Program-made: the position numbers and the translations under genes
Notes under the pieces: model-generated
What the model was told of the DNA's origin: nothing
What the model saw: the letters and a program-made list of their open reading frames with translations, nothing else
Databases searched by the model: none
Shown here: positions 6,873-17,881 of the stretch, one piece after another
Numbering within the stretch: position 1 is the first letter of the stretch
Layout: each line of letters opens with the position of its first letter
NCBI GenBank assembly: GCA_009859145.1
Contig: VRVR01000004.1
Location: 276,934 to 340,933 of the forward strand
Direction: 5' to 3'
Source of the DNA: Andalucia godoyi And28
Lineage: Eukaryota > Protista > Jakobida
DNA: 64,000 nucleotides

Positions 6873-9449
6873 ATGCACAGCGAATGTTTACGCTGCCTTA
6901 TTCTGTTCCTCATTGTGATGGTTGTCCTTCACACAGCCTGGGGACTGGAGGTGATCTCAAGAAAAGTAGTAGAATGCAGCACAAGTGAGTTTTGCAAACG
7001 AAAAGTGTTGTATACGCTCCGAGCCTCGTACACAGGACAGCGGGCGTGGACCGAACCGAGCCTCACCATCCAGCCCTCGGAAGTACTCTTGGATTCTAAC
7101 AGCAGACAGTGGGGGATCTCGACGCCGGACTCGAGTGCGGTTCGGCTTGATATTTCCTTTGCAAATGTCGCGGCGGTGTTCGGGATTTTCCGAAAGTATG
7201 CCAATGTATCGAACGCATACGAACGAAAGACTGTGTTTGTGAACCCGCTTTGCTACTACCCTGGAAAAGAGTGCTGTGTAGATCCGGTGGATTCCACGAT
7301 ATTTTATCTCCATTCCATCGAACGAAATTCAACGGTGTCATATGATGTTTTCGGCGTTGCGATGCTGAATCTGGCCGAATCTGTGGCTTCGCAGTTTCAG
7401 CTCGACGCTGGATCGCCAGCATTGACAATGGATCTGCGTGCTCAGGTCACATCGACATTTCTTCCAACTGCAGGATCCACTGCAGACTATTCTTACCAAA
7501 GGACCGTTCGAGGTGCAAACATGACGCGGACTGTCGTGGACAACAGCGCCACTCGACAGTACCTCGCCGTTAGTGAGCCGTTCGTCACCATTCCGCTCTC
7601 TTTTTCAACGTCCCTTGCATCGAGATCGTTGCTTGTGGAGCGCCAAAACACAGAAACAACCATGGTTGTTCCATCAAGTATCATTTCCACCAATGTAATC
7701 CGTTCGTTTGGAGTGTCCGATGCGACATTTCACAACAGCTTTCAGTGCGATCGGCCTTTGAATTTCTGGACGTACACTAATAATGCGGACAAATGGGACC
7801 AGCTGCAACCTTATCGATCCAACACTGTGAATGCAGCGACAGGCTGCAGCATGGCTCGCGATATCTCTTACTTTCCCAGTCCGCTCACGACGAACAACAC
7901 CGGTGTATTTGCGGTGGCGTTTGACTGCACATCGAATTCCTGGGACGTCTTCTTCAGTGTCTCGTTGCACGATTCTGCCATCAATATTGTCAAGAAACAT
8001 GGAACGCCAGTCATCACCGACAAAGGAATGTTCCGCGTCACCTCGGTGGAGCTGGAGTCTACCGGAAACACCTTGATTGGCATTTATGTTGACATCACAA
8101 ACAAGGATACAACAACCGGAACATTTGGAATTCTGCCAGCATCCTGCTGCATGCAACTCGCTAACGGGACCACAGACTGTAACTCAATTCACTTATATGA
8201 CACCGGGTCAAGGCCGTTTTCATCGTTCGAGACAGCTCGTTTTCTGTTTTCGGTCGACTTCGCATCTGTCATGAACATTCAGACGACGTGCCGCTTCCAC
8301 TTGTATCAGCATGCGGTGGTGGAGGACGATGTGCTGGTGGTCTTCAATGCATCGTTGGATGGCGTGGTGAAGATTCCGCGGACTCAGGAGTTTCTTGAGC
8401 AAGTCACCAAATCAAATCCATGCAATGCCCCAAAGAAGGTTGTCACCATTGAAGGGATTCAGTATTGTCAGCGTCCATGCACGAACGATGAGATCCATGA
8501 TGAAGCCTTGAAGATATGCGTCCCCGTGGGATGCAAACAACGATACGGATCGTTGAGACCGTTCTGGAATTCAACAGCGAAACAATGCGTGGCGTTCAAA
8601 GAGTGTCCCGCGTACCTTTCTCTCAACGAGGAAGCAAACATGTGTGTTGGAGAGCTTTCATATGATCCAAGCACGGAATCAGCCGGTACTTCATCCGACG
8701 GCGACAATCCAACTCCAGATATCATCGACCTGGAATCCATCATGCGAACCATCAACATTACTTGCGTTCACGGTGCCATGGGCAAAACGTCCAATGCTTC
8801 CAACGCACAGCGTGTTTGTGTTTGTGACAGCGGATGGACCAGTAAGCCATGGACGTACGCCGAGTTGTACATCAATCATTCGTACATCGCATGCTCCGTA
8901 CGGGACGTATCGAACTCGGAAACGAGTTTCGGCTCGACAAAAACCTCTTCATCGGACTGGTCGTCAAATGACATTATGCTGACGTGCATCGTCGGAATTG
9001 TGGTCTTGTTTGCGGTGGTTATTGTCTGGCTCGCTCTGGAAAAGTTGGTCTGCTGCTGTTTCCGCGACAAGAAGTCACACAAGGAGACACGGCAAAAGCG
9101 AATGAGGAGGTATGAACGACGAGTGATGCCATTGCGGAAGAAGACGCGCTACGACACAGATGATGACTTGAGCGAGCACGATGGAGAACAGCAGCAGCCG
9201 TCTTTAGACAGGAAAGATCAGCACAGCGACGTGGAAAGCGTGAGTGCATCGACCAAGAAGGCAGTGTCGACCAGGGAACCTCTCAAGAAGCCACGGATTT
9301 CAAAAACCGGATCGAAACATCAACAACACAAGTATTCCGGGAATGACGTTGATCAACGAAACGATGACGATGATCATGATGGCGATGGAGACGAAACCGA
9401 CAATGCGCCGGATTCGACCAAGGTCTCTCGTTCTTCCGACAAAAACTAG
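6873..9449 (+). CDS. Divergent HAP2/GCS1-like (fusexin, class II fusogen fold) type I membrane protein with Cys-rich and EGF-like stalk
   Basis: Signal peptide MHSECLRCLILFLIVMVVLHTAWG. Collinear HAP2-like blocks: LEVISRKVVEC..CKRKVLYTL; VRLDISFANVAAVFGIF..VSNAYE; MVVPSSIIS..FGVSDATF..QCDRP; FFSVSLHDSAINIVKKHGTPVIT; IYVDITNK..TFGILPASC; TCRFHLYQ..DDVLVVF. A TM helix near 8974-9050 is followed by CCC and a basic tract. Confidence 0.7.
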   Translation: MHSECLRCLILFLIVMVVLHTAWGLEVISRKVVECSTSEFCKRKVLYTLRASYTGQRAWTEPSLTIQPSEVLLDSNSRQWGISTPDSSAVRLDISFANVAAVFGIFRKYANVSNAYERKTVFVNPLCYYPGKECCVDPVDSTIFYLHSIERNSTVSYDVFGVAMLNLAESVASQFQLDAGSPALTMDLRAQVTSTFLPTAGSTADYSYQRTVRGANMTRTVVDNSATRQYLAVSEPFVTIPLSFSTSLASRSLLVERQNTETTMVVPSSIISTNVIRSFGVSDATFHNSFQCDRPLNFWTYTNNADKWDQLQPYRSNTVNAATGCSMARDISYFPSPLTTNNTGVFAVAFDCTSNSWDVFFSVSLHDSAINIVKKHGTPVITDKGMFRVTSVELESTGNTLIGIYVDITNKDTTTGTFGILPASCCMQLANGTTDCNSIHLYDTGSRPFSSFETARFLFSVDFASVMNIQTTCRFHLYQHAVVEDDVLVVFNASLDGVVKIPRTQEFLEQVTKSNPCNAPKKVVTIEGIQYCQRPCTNDEIHDEALKICVPVGCKQRYGSLRPFWNSTAKQCVAFKECPAYLSLNEEANMCVGELSYDPSTESAGTSSDGDNPTPDIIDLESIMRTINITCVHGAMGKTSNASNAQRVCVCDSGWTSKPWTYAELYINHSYIACSVRDVSNSETSFGSTKTSSSDWSSNDIMLTCIVGIVVLFAVVIVWLALEKLVCCCFRDKKSHKETRQKRMRRYERRVMPLRKKTRYDTDDDLSEHDGEQQQPSLDRKDQHSDVESVSASTKKAVSTREPLKKPRISKTGSKHQQHKYSGNDVDQRNDDDDHDGDGDETDNAPDSTKVSRSSDKN

Positions 9450-9721
9450 TTGAATTGCACAACACATCTGGGATTCGTCTGAAGAAAGGCCTCTAATTGA
9501 GCGAGTTCACAGCGGATTCGTTTACTACTACACTTTTAAAAAAATCAAATTATTGAAACAAATAAATTTTAAATAAACAACAAAGAAAAGAAAAAACTGC
9601 GATTCGGAAAAAGCACAGAATGAACAACTGCAAAGATAAACAACACAAGAAGGAAAATAAGAAAAACAACTATAACTATAAAACACAGAATGAATAAAGC
9701 AGCAAGGTTCTGAGAGAGTGA

Positions 9722-11374
9722 TCAGGAGGAAGAAGCAGGATCACCAACAAGCGACGCATGAGGTGAAGGACCCACTGCCTGAAATACAGATGAAGACGAC
9801 AGCGATGACGACGACGACGACGATGATGACGACAAAGCAACCGTGCCTCGGTGGACATTCACAACAGCGGCCTCTAGCCGATCTGCATAGGCGCCAATGA
9901 GAAAGTGCTTCTCAACATGTTCTCTACAAACATCATGAATCTCTTCCCTCGCTGATGGATCAATCAGCGATGCCATTGCAGCCGAGAACGCCGATTTCGT
10001 GGGCTTCACAAGATATCCGGTTTCTCCATGGATGACAGTCTCCAACGGACCGCCTGAATCGCACGCGATTACGGGACAGCCGCAATACATGGCCTCGATT
10101 GGAGTAATTCCAAAATGCTCGTTTTCTGGAGTATACAGGAGACCCCGCGCATTTCTGAACAAGTACAGTCGATCTGCTTCCGAACATGACAACAAGAATG
10201 TGACATGCTTCTCAATTCCATACTGTTTGGTGCGTTCCGTCAGCTCCTTGACGACTTGAAGGTTTTCCTCAATTCTCGGATCATAGCCCCCCGCGAGCAC
10301 CAAGTGAAACTTTGCGGAGGTCCGTTTCAACGTATCGCTCGCCCCTTTCTCGCCAGGAGAAGCCCGTGCGACTGCAGTGGGATCCGCATAAAGCGCGGCC
10401 TCGGCTCCAGTCGCTGGTGGGGTAACAGGCTCCTTTGCAACATCCACTGGTTTGACTGTCGGAGAAGCAGCTTGGAAGTGTGATTGATACTGAGAGATCA
10501 AGGTCGCAAACGCATCGACTGCGAGCATGATATTCTTTTTCCGTTCAAATCTGTTGAGCGACACAAAGACCGTCTTATCGCTCAAATCCAGTGCCGATGT
10601 CCGCGCAGTGACAACAGATTGCGGATTAATGCATGGATAGAGCACCTTGAGCTTGGACTGAGGCAGTGAAGGGAATGTCTTTTTCACAATCCCAAGCGTG
10701 TACTTTGAGTTGACGAGCACGAGATCTGCTTTCGCTGTTGTCCAGGCCTCCAGGCCGTCCAATGGAGCACGGTATATTCTCTTGATGCGATTCGAATGGT
10801 CTGCAAGCAGCAAATCTGGATAGTGGCAGTAGAACAAGACTTTGAATCCAGCGAGTCTCAGGATCGGCACAATGATGGACACCTGATCCACGATCACAAC
10901 ATTGGGCCGAATGGTGGCTTTCGGTCTTTTTCTTCTCGGTGACGAAAGCCCCGTTGCCAAGCTCACACTCGATGAGGAATTCAGCGACGACGACGTTCTT
11001 CGGCTGTGCGTTGGACTTGGGCTTTGTGGATCCGCAGAAAACCGGCATCCATTCTTGCCTGTAATTAAAAGCAGAGTAAGATAAAGCATGCGGAGCCACG
11101 AGAACAACAGATAGAACTTCCCGAACCACGACCGAGGAATCCACTGACCACGTGCAGTGACTTTGAGAGTCCCGTCTCGCGTCTCTGAGAAGCATCGAAG
11201 AGGATCGTGAAACGACGTCAGAATGTTCACACGGTGGCCTCTCATCTGAAGAGCAACCGCAGAATCCACAACCCACCGCTCTGCTCCCCCAATTCCAAGA
11301 TCGAGATGAATAAACGTAACGAAAAGTCGCTCTGTGTTGGAAGAACAGTCAACCACTCTGGCGGCAACACTCAT
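9722..11374 (-). CDS. ALG2: Alpha-1,3/1,6-mannosyltransferase (GT4)
   Basis: FIHLDLGIGGAERWVVD, FYCHYPDLLL, SLNRFERKKN, YTPENEHFGITPIEAM. Likely start ATG 11374 (MSVAARV); the longer track ORF runs through low-complexity UTR. Confidence 0.95.
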   Translation of the reverse strand: MSVAARVVDCSSNTERLFVTFIHLDLGIGGAERWVVDSAVALQMRGHRVNILTSFHDPLRCFSETRDGTLKVTARGQWIPRSWFGKFYLLFSWLRMLYLTLLLITGKNGCRFSADPQSPSPTHSRRTSSSLNSSSSVSLATGLSSPRRKRPKATIRPNVVIVDQVSIIVPILRLAGFKVLFYCHYPDLLLADHSNRIKRIYRAPLDGLEAWTTAKADLVLVNSKYTLGIVKKTFPSLPQSKLKVLYPCINPQSVVTARTSALDLSDKTVFVSLNRFERKKNIMLAVDAFATLISQYQSHFQAASPTVKPVDVAKEPVTPPATGAEAALYADPTAVARASPGEKGASDTLKRTSAKFHLVLAGGYDPRIEENLQVVKELTERTKQYGIEKHVTFLLSCSEADRLYLFRNARGLLYTPENEHFGITPIEAMYCGCPVIACDSGGPLETVIHGETGYLVKPTKSAFSAAMASLIDPSAREEIHDVCREHVEKHFLIGAYADRLEAAVVNVHRGTVALSSSSSSSSSSLSSSSVFQAVGPSPHASLVGDPASSS

Positions 11375-11788
11375 TCTTCTTCTTCCTCCTCCTCCTTCCT
11401 TCTTCTTTCTTCTTTCTTCTCCAGATTCACAATCGCCGCACAACAAGAAGAAATACTTTTCTTCCCCTCTTCCCAAAAAACAAAAAAGCAAAATAAAAAT
11501 TGAAAAATGGAAGAACAGGAAAGTAAAGGGAACAGGAGGAAAGTAAAGAGAAGAGGAGAAAAGACCAACAACAACAACAAAACCAACAGCGAGTAGAGTT
11601 TGTTGAAATGTTCTCTGCATTGTCCATTGAAGAGCGGCCGTAAAAAAAAACAATAATAAAAAAGAAATGGGCGTCCAGCTTTCTGGCTTTTCGAGTTGCG
11701 ACATTCCGGGATTTATTTTCGGATTGAGTAATGGATACACATTGCACAGTCGATTAGGGACAGAAAGCAAAGAGCGATATTTTAGAAA

Positions 11789-12079
11789 ATGTGGGGAACA
11801 AGGCTTTTGACGGTTGGAATGCTCGTGATGACGGCCGGCGGTGCGTATACAGTATCGGAACAGCGGCGGCGAAAACGAATCGTTTCCGAGGCGTTTCTGG
11901 ATCGAAATGCACACTTGACGGTTCCAAGTCGCCGGGAAATGTGGGAGGCTCTGCGCAAAAAACCAGAAGTTGACGTTGTGGTTATTGGAGGCGGTGCAAC
12001 GGGCTCAGGAATCGCACTGGACGCCTCGCTTCGGTATGGTTCTTTCTCCTCTTACACAAGTGTTCTTCATCTTTTTTTT

Positions 12080-12116
<37 letters not shown>

Positions 12117-13956
12117 GTTGCGGTGTGTGTGTGTGTGTGCGCGTGTGTGAAAGAAATGGAAGTAGTGGCAGTGTTTTAATGGTTGCGTACTGGTCTAATA
12201 TGTGTTTCTTGAAATATTTTGCCGATTGGCTGTTTTTTCCTCCTTTGGGTTCTTCTGCAGCGGTTTGAAAACACTGTTGGTGGAGGCAGATGATTTTGGA
12301 TGCGGGTCGTCGTCCCGGTCTACAAAACTGGTCCACGGGGGCGTTCGATACCTTGAAAAGGCAGTCAAGGATCTGGATATGGGGCAGTATCATCTTGTGC
12401 GAGAAGCACTTGCAGAGCGCGGAGTGTTTCTGCGAATTGCGCCTCATCTGGCCGAGGCGTTGCCGATCATGACTCCACTGTATAGCTGGTTAGAGGTTCC
12501 GTACGTCTATGCAGGACTGAAGGTGTATGACTGGCTTTCAGGTTCGGCGTCACTGCATTCGTCGTACTACTTGTCTGCGGACGAGGCCCGCAAGACTTTT
12601 CCAGCATTGCGAGCACATGACCTGAAAGGGGCGGTTGTGTACTACGATGGCCAGTTCAACGACAGCAGAATGAATGTGTCGATTGCTCTCACTGCTGCTG
12701 CGCATGGGGCACTGGTGTTCAACCACATGTTTGTCTCGGATCTGCTAGTTCGCGAGGTAGCGACCGATGGGAGCAAGATGTTCCAGAGAGGAGGCGCTAA
12801 GGGAGCGAAAAATATTGTGTTTGACTTTGAAAAGAAGCCTGGTGATGCTGGAGACGGCGGAGAAGCAATCGTCCCAAAATACAGAAAGGAAGTCTCCGGT
12901 GTTGTACTTCGTGATCCGGAGACGAATGCTACGCTCGCCGTTAGCGCCAAGGTGGTGATCAACGCTGCTGGATCCTTCTCGTCCTCCATCCGAAACATGG
13001 ATCCGACTTCTGCAACCAGAGAGGAGGCGTTGAGCAATGCAAAGGAAAAATCAAAAGAAAGAATCGGTTCTGTTGGAATTCACGTTGTTCTTGACAAGGA
13101 ATATTCGCCATCAACAATGGGCATGCTTATTCCGAAGACTGCCGACGGCCGCGTCCTTTTTGTTCTTCCGTGGATGGGGAAAACGCTTGCTGGAACCACC
13201 GATCGTCCCATGAAGATCACCGACAACCCCTCGCCGAATCCGGAGGATGTGGCCTACATTCTGGAGTACATCAACAAGTACTTGGATGTGTCTGCGGGCC
13301 CGAAAGACGTTCGATCGGCGTGGGCCGGAGTTCGGCCGTTGGCGCATCTGGATGAAAAGTCTGTGGTCGATGGAACGGCGAACGTGAGTCGAGAGCACGC
13401 AATCGATGTGTCCGCGGCTGGCCTTGTGAGCATAACGGGGGGAAAGTGGACGACCTACCGAAGGATGGCCGAAGAATCTCTGGACGAAGCACTCCGCGTT
13501 GCCGGCAACAAGATCGCATATCCTGCTTCTTGCAAGACAACAAAGTATCAAATCATCGGCGCACACGGCTACAGTGTCGATCTAGCCGGCCATTTGGAAA
13601 AGGAACACAAACTCGAAAAAGAAGTGGCCCGCCATTTGGCCCAAGCATACGGAGACCGGGCAGTGGAAGTCTTATCAATGGACCCGTCGGGAAAGCGAGC
13701 AAAGATCACTTCGCAACTTCCAGCATTAGAAGCCGAGGTCCTGTACGCAGTTCGCAAAGAATGGGCTTCCAATGCAATTGATGTTTTGTGCCGACGCACA
13801 CGGGTTGCATTCTTGGATCGTGCGGGTGCAATGAGCGCAATAGACCGTGTTGTCGCGATCATGGGAAATGAGCTGAAGTGGAGCGCCAGCAGACGGAAGG
13901 AAGAAGCCGCAAAGACCAGGTCGTACATCGCGACGATGACCGGCCTTTCCGACTGA
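11789..13956 (+). CDS. GPD2: FAD-dependent mitochondrial glycerol-3-phosphate dehydrogenase, two exons
   Basis: join(11789..12033,12261..13956). The intron GTATGG...CTGCAG restores DVVVIGGGATGSGIALDASLR|GLKTLLVEADDFGCGSSSRSTKLVHGGVRYL. Also SAWAGVRPL and ITGGKWTTYRRMAEE. Confidence 0.95.
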
Positions 13957-14126
13957 GCAACAAACAAAGAAGAAATTTGAACGCACAGAGTCAACACTGT
14001 GGACGAGTGAAATACATAAATAACTACATAAATAAGTTAATAAATACAATCATCGATACACGATGGGGGGGGGGGGGGGGTTGGACTCCATTCAAAAGGA
14101 GGCAGGCAAGTCAGCCATTCTGTCCC

Positions 14127-14474
14127 TCATCGTTTGGAGATGTCAGATGGTCCCGTACTTGGGTTCCCCGAGGGTTGTGTCTGAGGCGTATTTACTCGCA
14201 CCCGAGGAATCTCAAGCATCATTTGCTCCATCACAGACAAGTCAGACAGCAACCGAAGAGCAGAGTCTCCATCATGAAGCAACGCGATGTTCGTCGCATA
14301 CGGCTGCATGCTGTCCAACCGACTAATAATGCGATTTGCTGCAGACTGAAGTTCCTTTTCAATTCGCGACATCCTTTGTTCTTCTCCGCCAGGTCCTTCC
14401 TCTTTCGTATTCCTTGAGAAGGTGAATCGCGCGACGGCAGCAGATGAGAAGCAATAAGGGTCCGTGAAAGTCAT
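14127..14474 (-). CDS. Small coiled-coil hypothetical protein (weak resemblance to HSBP1)
   Basis: 115-aa ATG-initiated ORF in a gap between genes. MSRIEKELQSAANRIISRLDSM is heptad-like. Family assignment is weak. Confidence 0.5.
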   Translation of the reverse strand: MTFTDPYCFSSAAVARFTFSRNTKEEGPGGEEQRMSRIEKELQSAANRIISRLDSMQPYATNIALLHDGDSALRLLSDLSVMEQMMLEIPRVRVNTPQTQPSGNPSTGPSDISKR

Positions 14475-14888
14475 TCCTCACCTCTATCTGTCTTTCTTCT
14501 TTGTGCTCGGATTGCTGTTGTACTTTCTCATTTTTTGGATTGAGTTGCGTCGGAAAATGTCGACACTGCCATGCCTTTTCCTCTTGAAAAGAGAAAAATC
14601 GTTAGCTTAACAATTCGGCAACCCTACTGCTCTGCATGTTTTTGCTACTCCACAGGAAAAAAAAAAGATAACCCTAGAATTCGCATTGCATCAATTGGAG
14701 AGTTTTCTTTATGCCTTCCTTTTGATGGTTCTCGATGCTCTCTCTCCTTTGCACGACCCAACCCCCTTTGTCATTTCGTTGGCGGTCTTTCTTTTTTTCT
14801 CCCGAATTCTGGTTTTTCTGCTTCTGTTCTTCTTCCTTTTCCATCTCCTTGAATTTCGTTCACCCTAAGAAGTTGCACTAAAAAGAAA

Positions 14889-15227
14889 ATGGCACCGACC
14901 CAGAAGAAGACTAAGAAGGCAATGGAGGGTATCAACTCCCGTTTGGCGCTTGTGATGCGTTCCGGAAAGGCCGAGCTTGGCTACAAGCAGACCTTGAAGA
15001 CGCTCCGCAACGGATCCGCCAAACTGGTCATCATCGCCAACAACTGCCCGCCTCTGCGCAAGTCCGAGGTTGAGTACTACGCCATGATTGCCAAGACTGA
15101 TGTCCACCATTACTCTGGCAACAACGTTGATCTCGGAACCGCATGCGGAAAGTACTACCGCTGCTCGTCGCTCGCTGTTACCGATGTCGGTGACTCGGAT
15201 ATCGTCAAGAGCATCCAGAACGAGTAA
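14889..15227 (+). CDS. RPL30: 60S ribosomal protein eL30
   Basis: [24 protein letters not shown]; [16 protein letters not shown]; [14 protein letters not shown]. Confidence 0.98.
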   Translation: MAPTQKKTKKAMEGINSRLALVMRSGKAELGYKQTLKTLRNGSAKLVIIANNCPPLRKSEVEYYAMIAKTDVHHYSGNNVDLGTACGKYYRCSSLAVTDVGDSDIVKSIQNE

Positions 15228-15456
15228 GTATAGTGTTGGCTCATTTGATCAGTTTTTAGAGTTGTTTGTACATGTAAACGTATGAGCGATCTTTGATCTG
15301 CGCTCTTGCCCTATTTATTCACATTTCGCTCGTGGGAACTGCCCGAGAAAGAGAGAGAGAGCACATATATATATGCCCGTGTGCCTGCGAAGCTGTTTTC
15401 TTTCCTATACACGCATTGTTTTACGAAATACAGCGGGGTGGAGCACACACACTCTC

Positions 15457-17538
15457 TCAGTCTTCGTCATTTTCATCAACGCTTAGATCTGCCTCGGAGT
15501 CCGACGGCGCAATCGACAGTGCATCCGGGCTGAATGTTAGGAACGTCTGAGAATCGTCATTCTCACCTTCGCTTCCGGTACCTCCTTGCGAGCGCTTCCG
15601 GGCACGGCGCAGCTTGGCAGATGAATAGCCCTTTCGAGTCTTGTTGTAGATCAGCGCCGATTTTGTTGGTTTCGGCCGTATCAGCACATATGGATAGTAC
15701 GGGAAGCACCCCGGAGAACCAGTTCGGCGGCGCGATTGGGCAACCGCATACACCGTCCATGCGACTTCTTGGAATAACTGCGACGGGTCCGCAGCCCGGT
15801 CCCACGAAATGAAGAGATTCTCATACATGCCTTCTGTGGACGGGTGATACCTACGAAGCACGCCGTCAAACGTTGCTGTATTTTGCTTGTTCTTTTTTGC
15901 TTTTGTAGTCTTGCTAAAGTAGATGGACATTCCCATAGTGTGCTCTCCACGACGCGTGCTTGCGTGAGTGACATCGGAAGCCAGAGAGTGTGAAGACCCG
16001 TCACTGGACGAACCCGCTGCTTGGTTCGCGGCATTCGATGCAGCAATGCCAGCAACTGCATCCACCTTGTCTTCAAAAGGCCCGATTTCAACGAGCAAGA
16101 ACGCATCGAGCGAGTGGGTCTTTCCGGCATTGGGGTCGATTTTTCGAGAGCGGAAGTCAAATCGCATGGTGATGAGACTGTCCCGCGTCAGAACAAGCAT
16201 CCGTTCCTGTTCCATTCCCTTGCGGTTGATCTTTGCAAGATGCCAACACTTGACAAACACCTCGTGAGGCTGCAGTGCAGACTTGCACGCATCGACTGCA
16301 ACATCTTCCAGCATTGCGGCATCCGGGGTCCAGTATCCCATCTCCTCGTCATTGACAACCTGGATAATGCGGTCGACGTTTCCATGCTTATACACGGTAT
16401 CTTGCATTGCCAAAACATGCAGCAGTTTTCCATTCAACTGGAACTTTTCGACAAGAGTCAGTCGGATTTTCTGTGCCAGCGCAAGGTCGTCTGTGATATC
16501 CTGGAACAGCCCCTGAAAGACTAGATTGTAGTCCTGGTCCACAAACACGCGGGACTTTTCACCATACCGGAAAATGATCGCAGTCTTTGGAATATACGTG
16601 TAGACAGCCTTCAGATCCTCATCCCACTCGTGCTCAAACATCAAGATCAGCACATCGACAATACGAGTCAGCAGCTTGTCTTGCACAAACGTCAGCGACC
16701 GCTGCGCCTTAACAATGTCCACATCACGGAAATCCGGCTCTTCCGGCAAGTCAGGCAGAATCACGCTGTCCTGTCCCGTTTCTTCTCCTCCACCACCACC
16801 AGCAGCAGCAGCGGCGGCGGCGGCGGCATTCTTCAATGCCTGTTGCGCCTCAAGTTGCTGGGCTTCCATGTGCGCATCGATATCCTCATGACCGCCGTGA
16901 CTGTCAGTGTTGCTATTGTTGAGCGTGTCATCTCCACCACTCTTGCTTGTCAATCGCTCAAGCTGTTGTTGGCGCAACAGTCTCTGCTGAGCATGCTGCT
17001 TTGCTTTTCTCTCCAGCGGTTTCTCAAATGACGAGATGTCGATCCGCACACGAAGCTGATCACGACGTTGCCACGCAGTCTGCAGCTTGCGTTCCAATTG
17101 CAGAAGCAAAGTATATTCAATCACAGACGTCGAGAACAGTGGATCGTGTTCTAAATCAAAGCTCACAGGTCTCAAAACAGACCCGTCCCAATCGGAAAGC
17201 GCAACGAACACGTACATGACTCCAGGCTTTGCATCCCACAGCGGTGTTCGACCTTGATTCTTGAATCCCCGGATGACAATCTTCTTCAGAAACGATCGGA
17301 GTGCCTTTAACCAAACAAACTGTGCATTTCGCAGTTGTTCAAAAAAATTACCCAGCATCGGCGGCAGCGTCTTTTCGAGATGCATCCACGATGCAGCTTC
17401 GTCGATTTTGAGCCCTTTCATCCGTTTTCGAAACGACTTTTCATCCACCTCAACACTCACTCCACCGGCTCCACACTTGGTAAGCGTCGAAATCGCTTTG
17501 CAACGAGCCTCGCGACGCAGCTCGAAAAAAGAAGGCAT
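15457..17538 (-). CDS. Hypothetical protein with coiled coil and C-terminal hSac2/TPRG1-like PH-fold segment
   Basis: 693-aa ORF. CWHLAKINRKGMEQERMLVLTRDSLITMRFDF resembles the hSac2/TPRG1 core (W.L..I......ER..L.T...L....YDF). Confidence 0.65.
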   Translation of the reverse strand: MPSFFELRREARCKAISTLTKCGAGGVSVEVDEKSFRKRMKGLKIDEAASWMHLEKTLPPMLGNFFEQLRNAQFVWLKALRSFLKKIVIRGFKNQGRTPLWDAKPGVMYVFVALSDWDGSVLRPVSFDLEHDPLFSTSVIEYTLLLQLERKLQTAWQRRDQLRVRIDISSFEKPLERKAKQHAQQRLLRQQQLERLTSKSGGDDTLNNSNTDSHGGHEDIDAHMEAQQLEAQQALKNAAAAAAAAAGGGGGEETGQDSVILPDLPEEPDFRDVDIVKAQRSLTFVQDKLLTRIVDVLILMFEHEWDEDLKAVYTYIPKTAIIFRYGEKSRVFVDQDYNLVFQGLFQDITDDLALAQKIRLTLVEKFQLNGKLLHVLAMQDTVYKHGNVDRIIQVVNDEEMGYWTPDAAMLEDVAVDACKSALQPHEVFVKCWHLAKINRKGMEQERMLVLTRDSLITMRFDFRSRKIDPNAGKTHSLDAFLLVEIGPFEDKVDAVAGIAASNAANQAAGSSSDGSSHSLASDVTHASTRRGEHTMGMSIYFSKTTKAKKNKQNTATFDGVLRRYHPSTEGMYENLFISWDRAADPSQLFQEVAWTVYAVAQSRRRTGSPGCFPYYPYVLIRPKPTKSALIYNKTRKGYSSAKLRRARKRSQGGTGSEGENDDSQTFLTFSPDALSIAPSDSEADLSVDENDED

Positions 17539-17881
17539 GATTCACCCCGCGTATTAATATGTGTGTGCGCCGCTCTGTTGTTTCCATACCGGCGAAGCAA
17601 ATTCTCACCGTCTCGAAAAGTCTGTTGCGTTCCCTCAAAATTTCCCCCCCATATTGTCCGTTGGCAAATGCCCAGATGTACAGTCGGTACTGGACATTTC
17701 GGGGCTTTTTCTTTTCGTTTCGGTGGGCTGCTGTTTCTTTGCTTATTTGTTATTTTTTTTCGCTCCTCAATTTCTTCTTGTGTTTCCAATGGTAGTCCGT
17801 GGTTCAATAAGAAAGAAGAAAAATCCACAACAACGGGAACCGGAATAGCAGCAACACGAAGACGTGCAACGGAGAATCACA

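Noticed and set aside
11375-11914. N-terminal extensions of track ORFs (ALG2; likewise 3169-3426, 19363-19455, 36678-36743, 43641-43823, 49401-49658)
   Set aside because: They are translations of T-rich UTRs or microsatellites (LLLL, CVCV, ERER). Conserved sequence begins at downstream ATGs.
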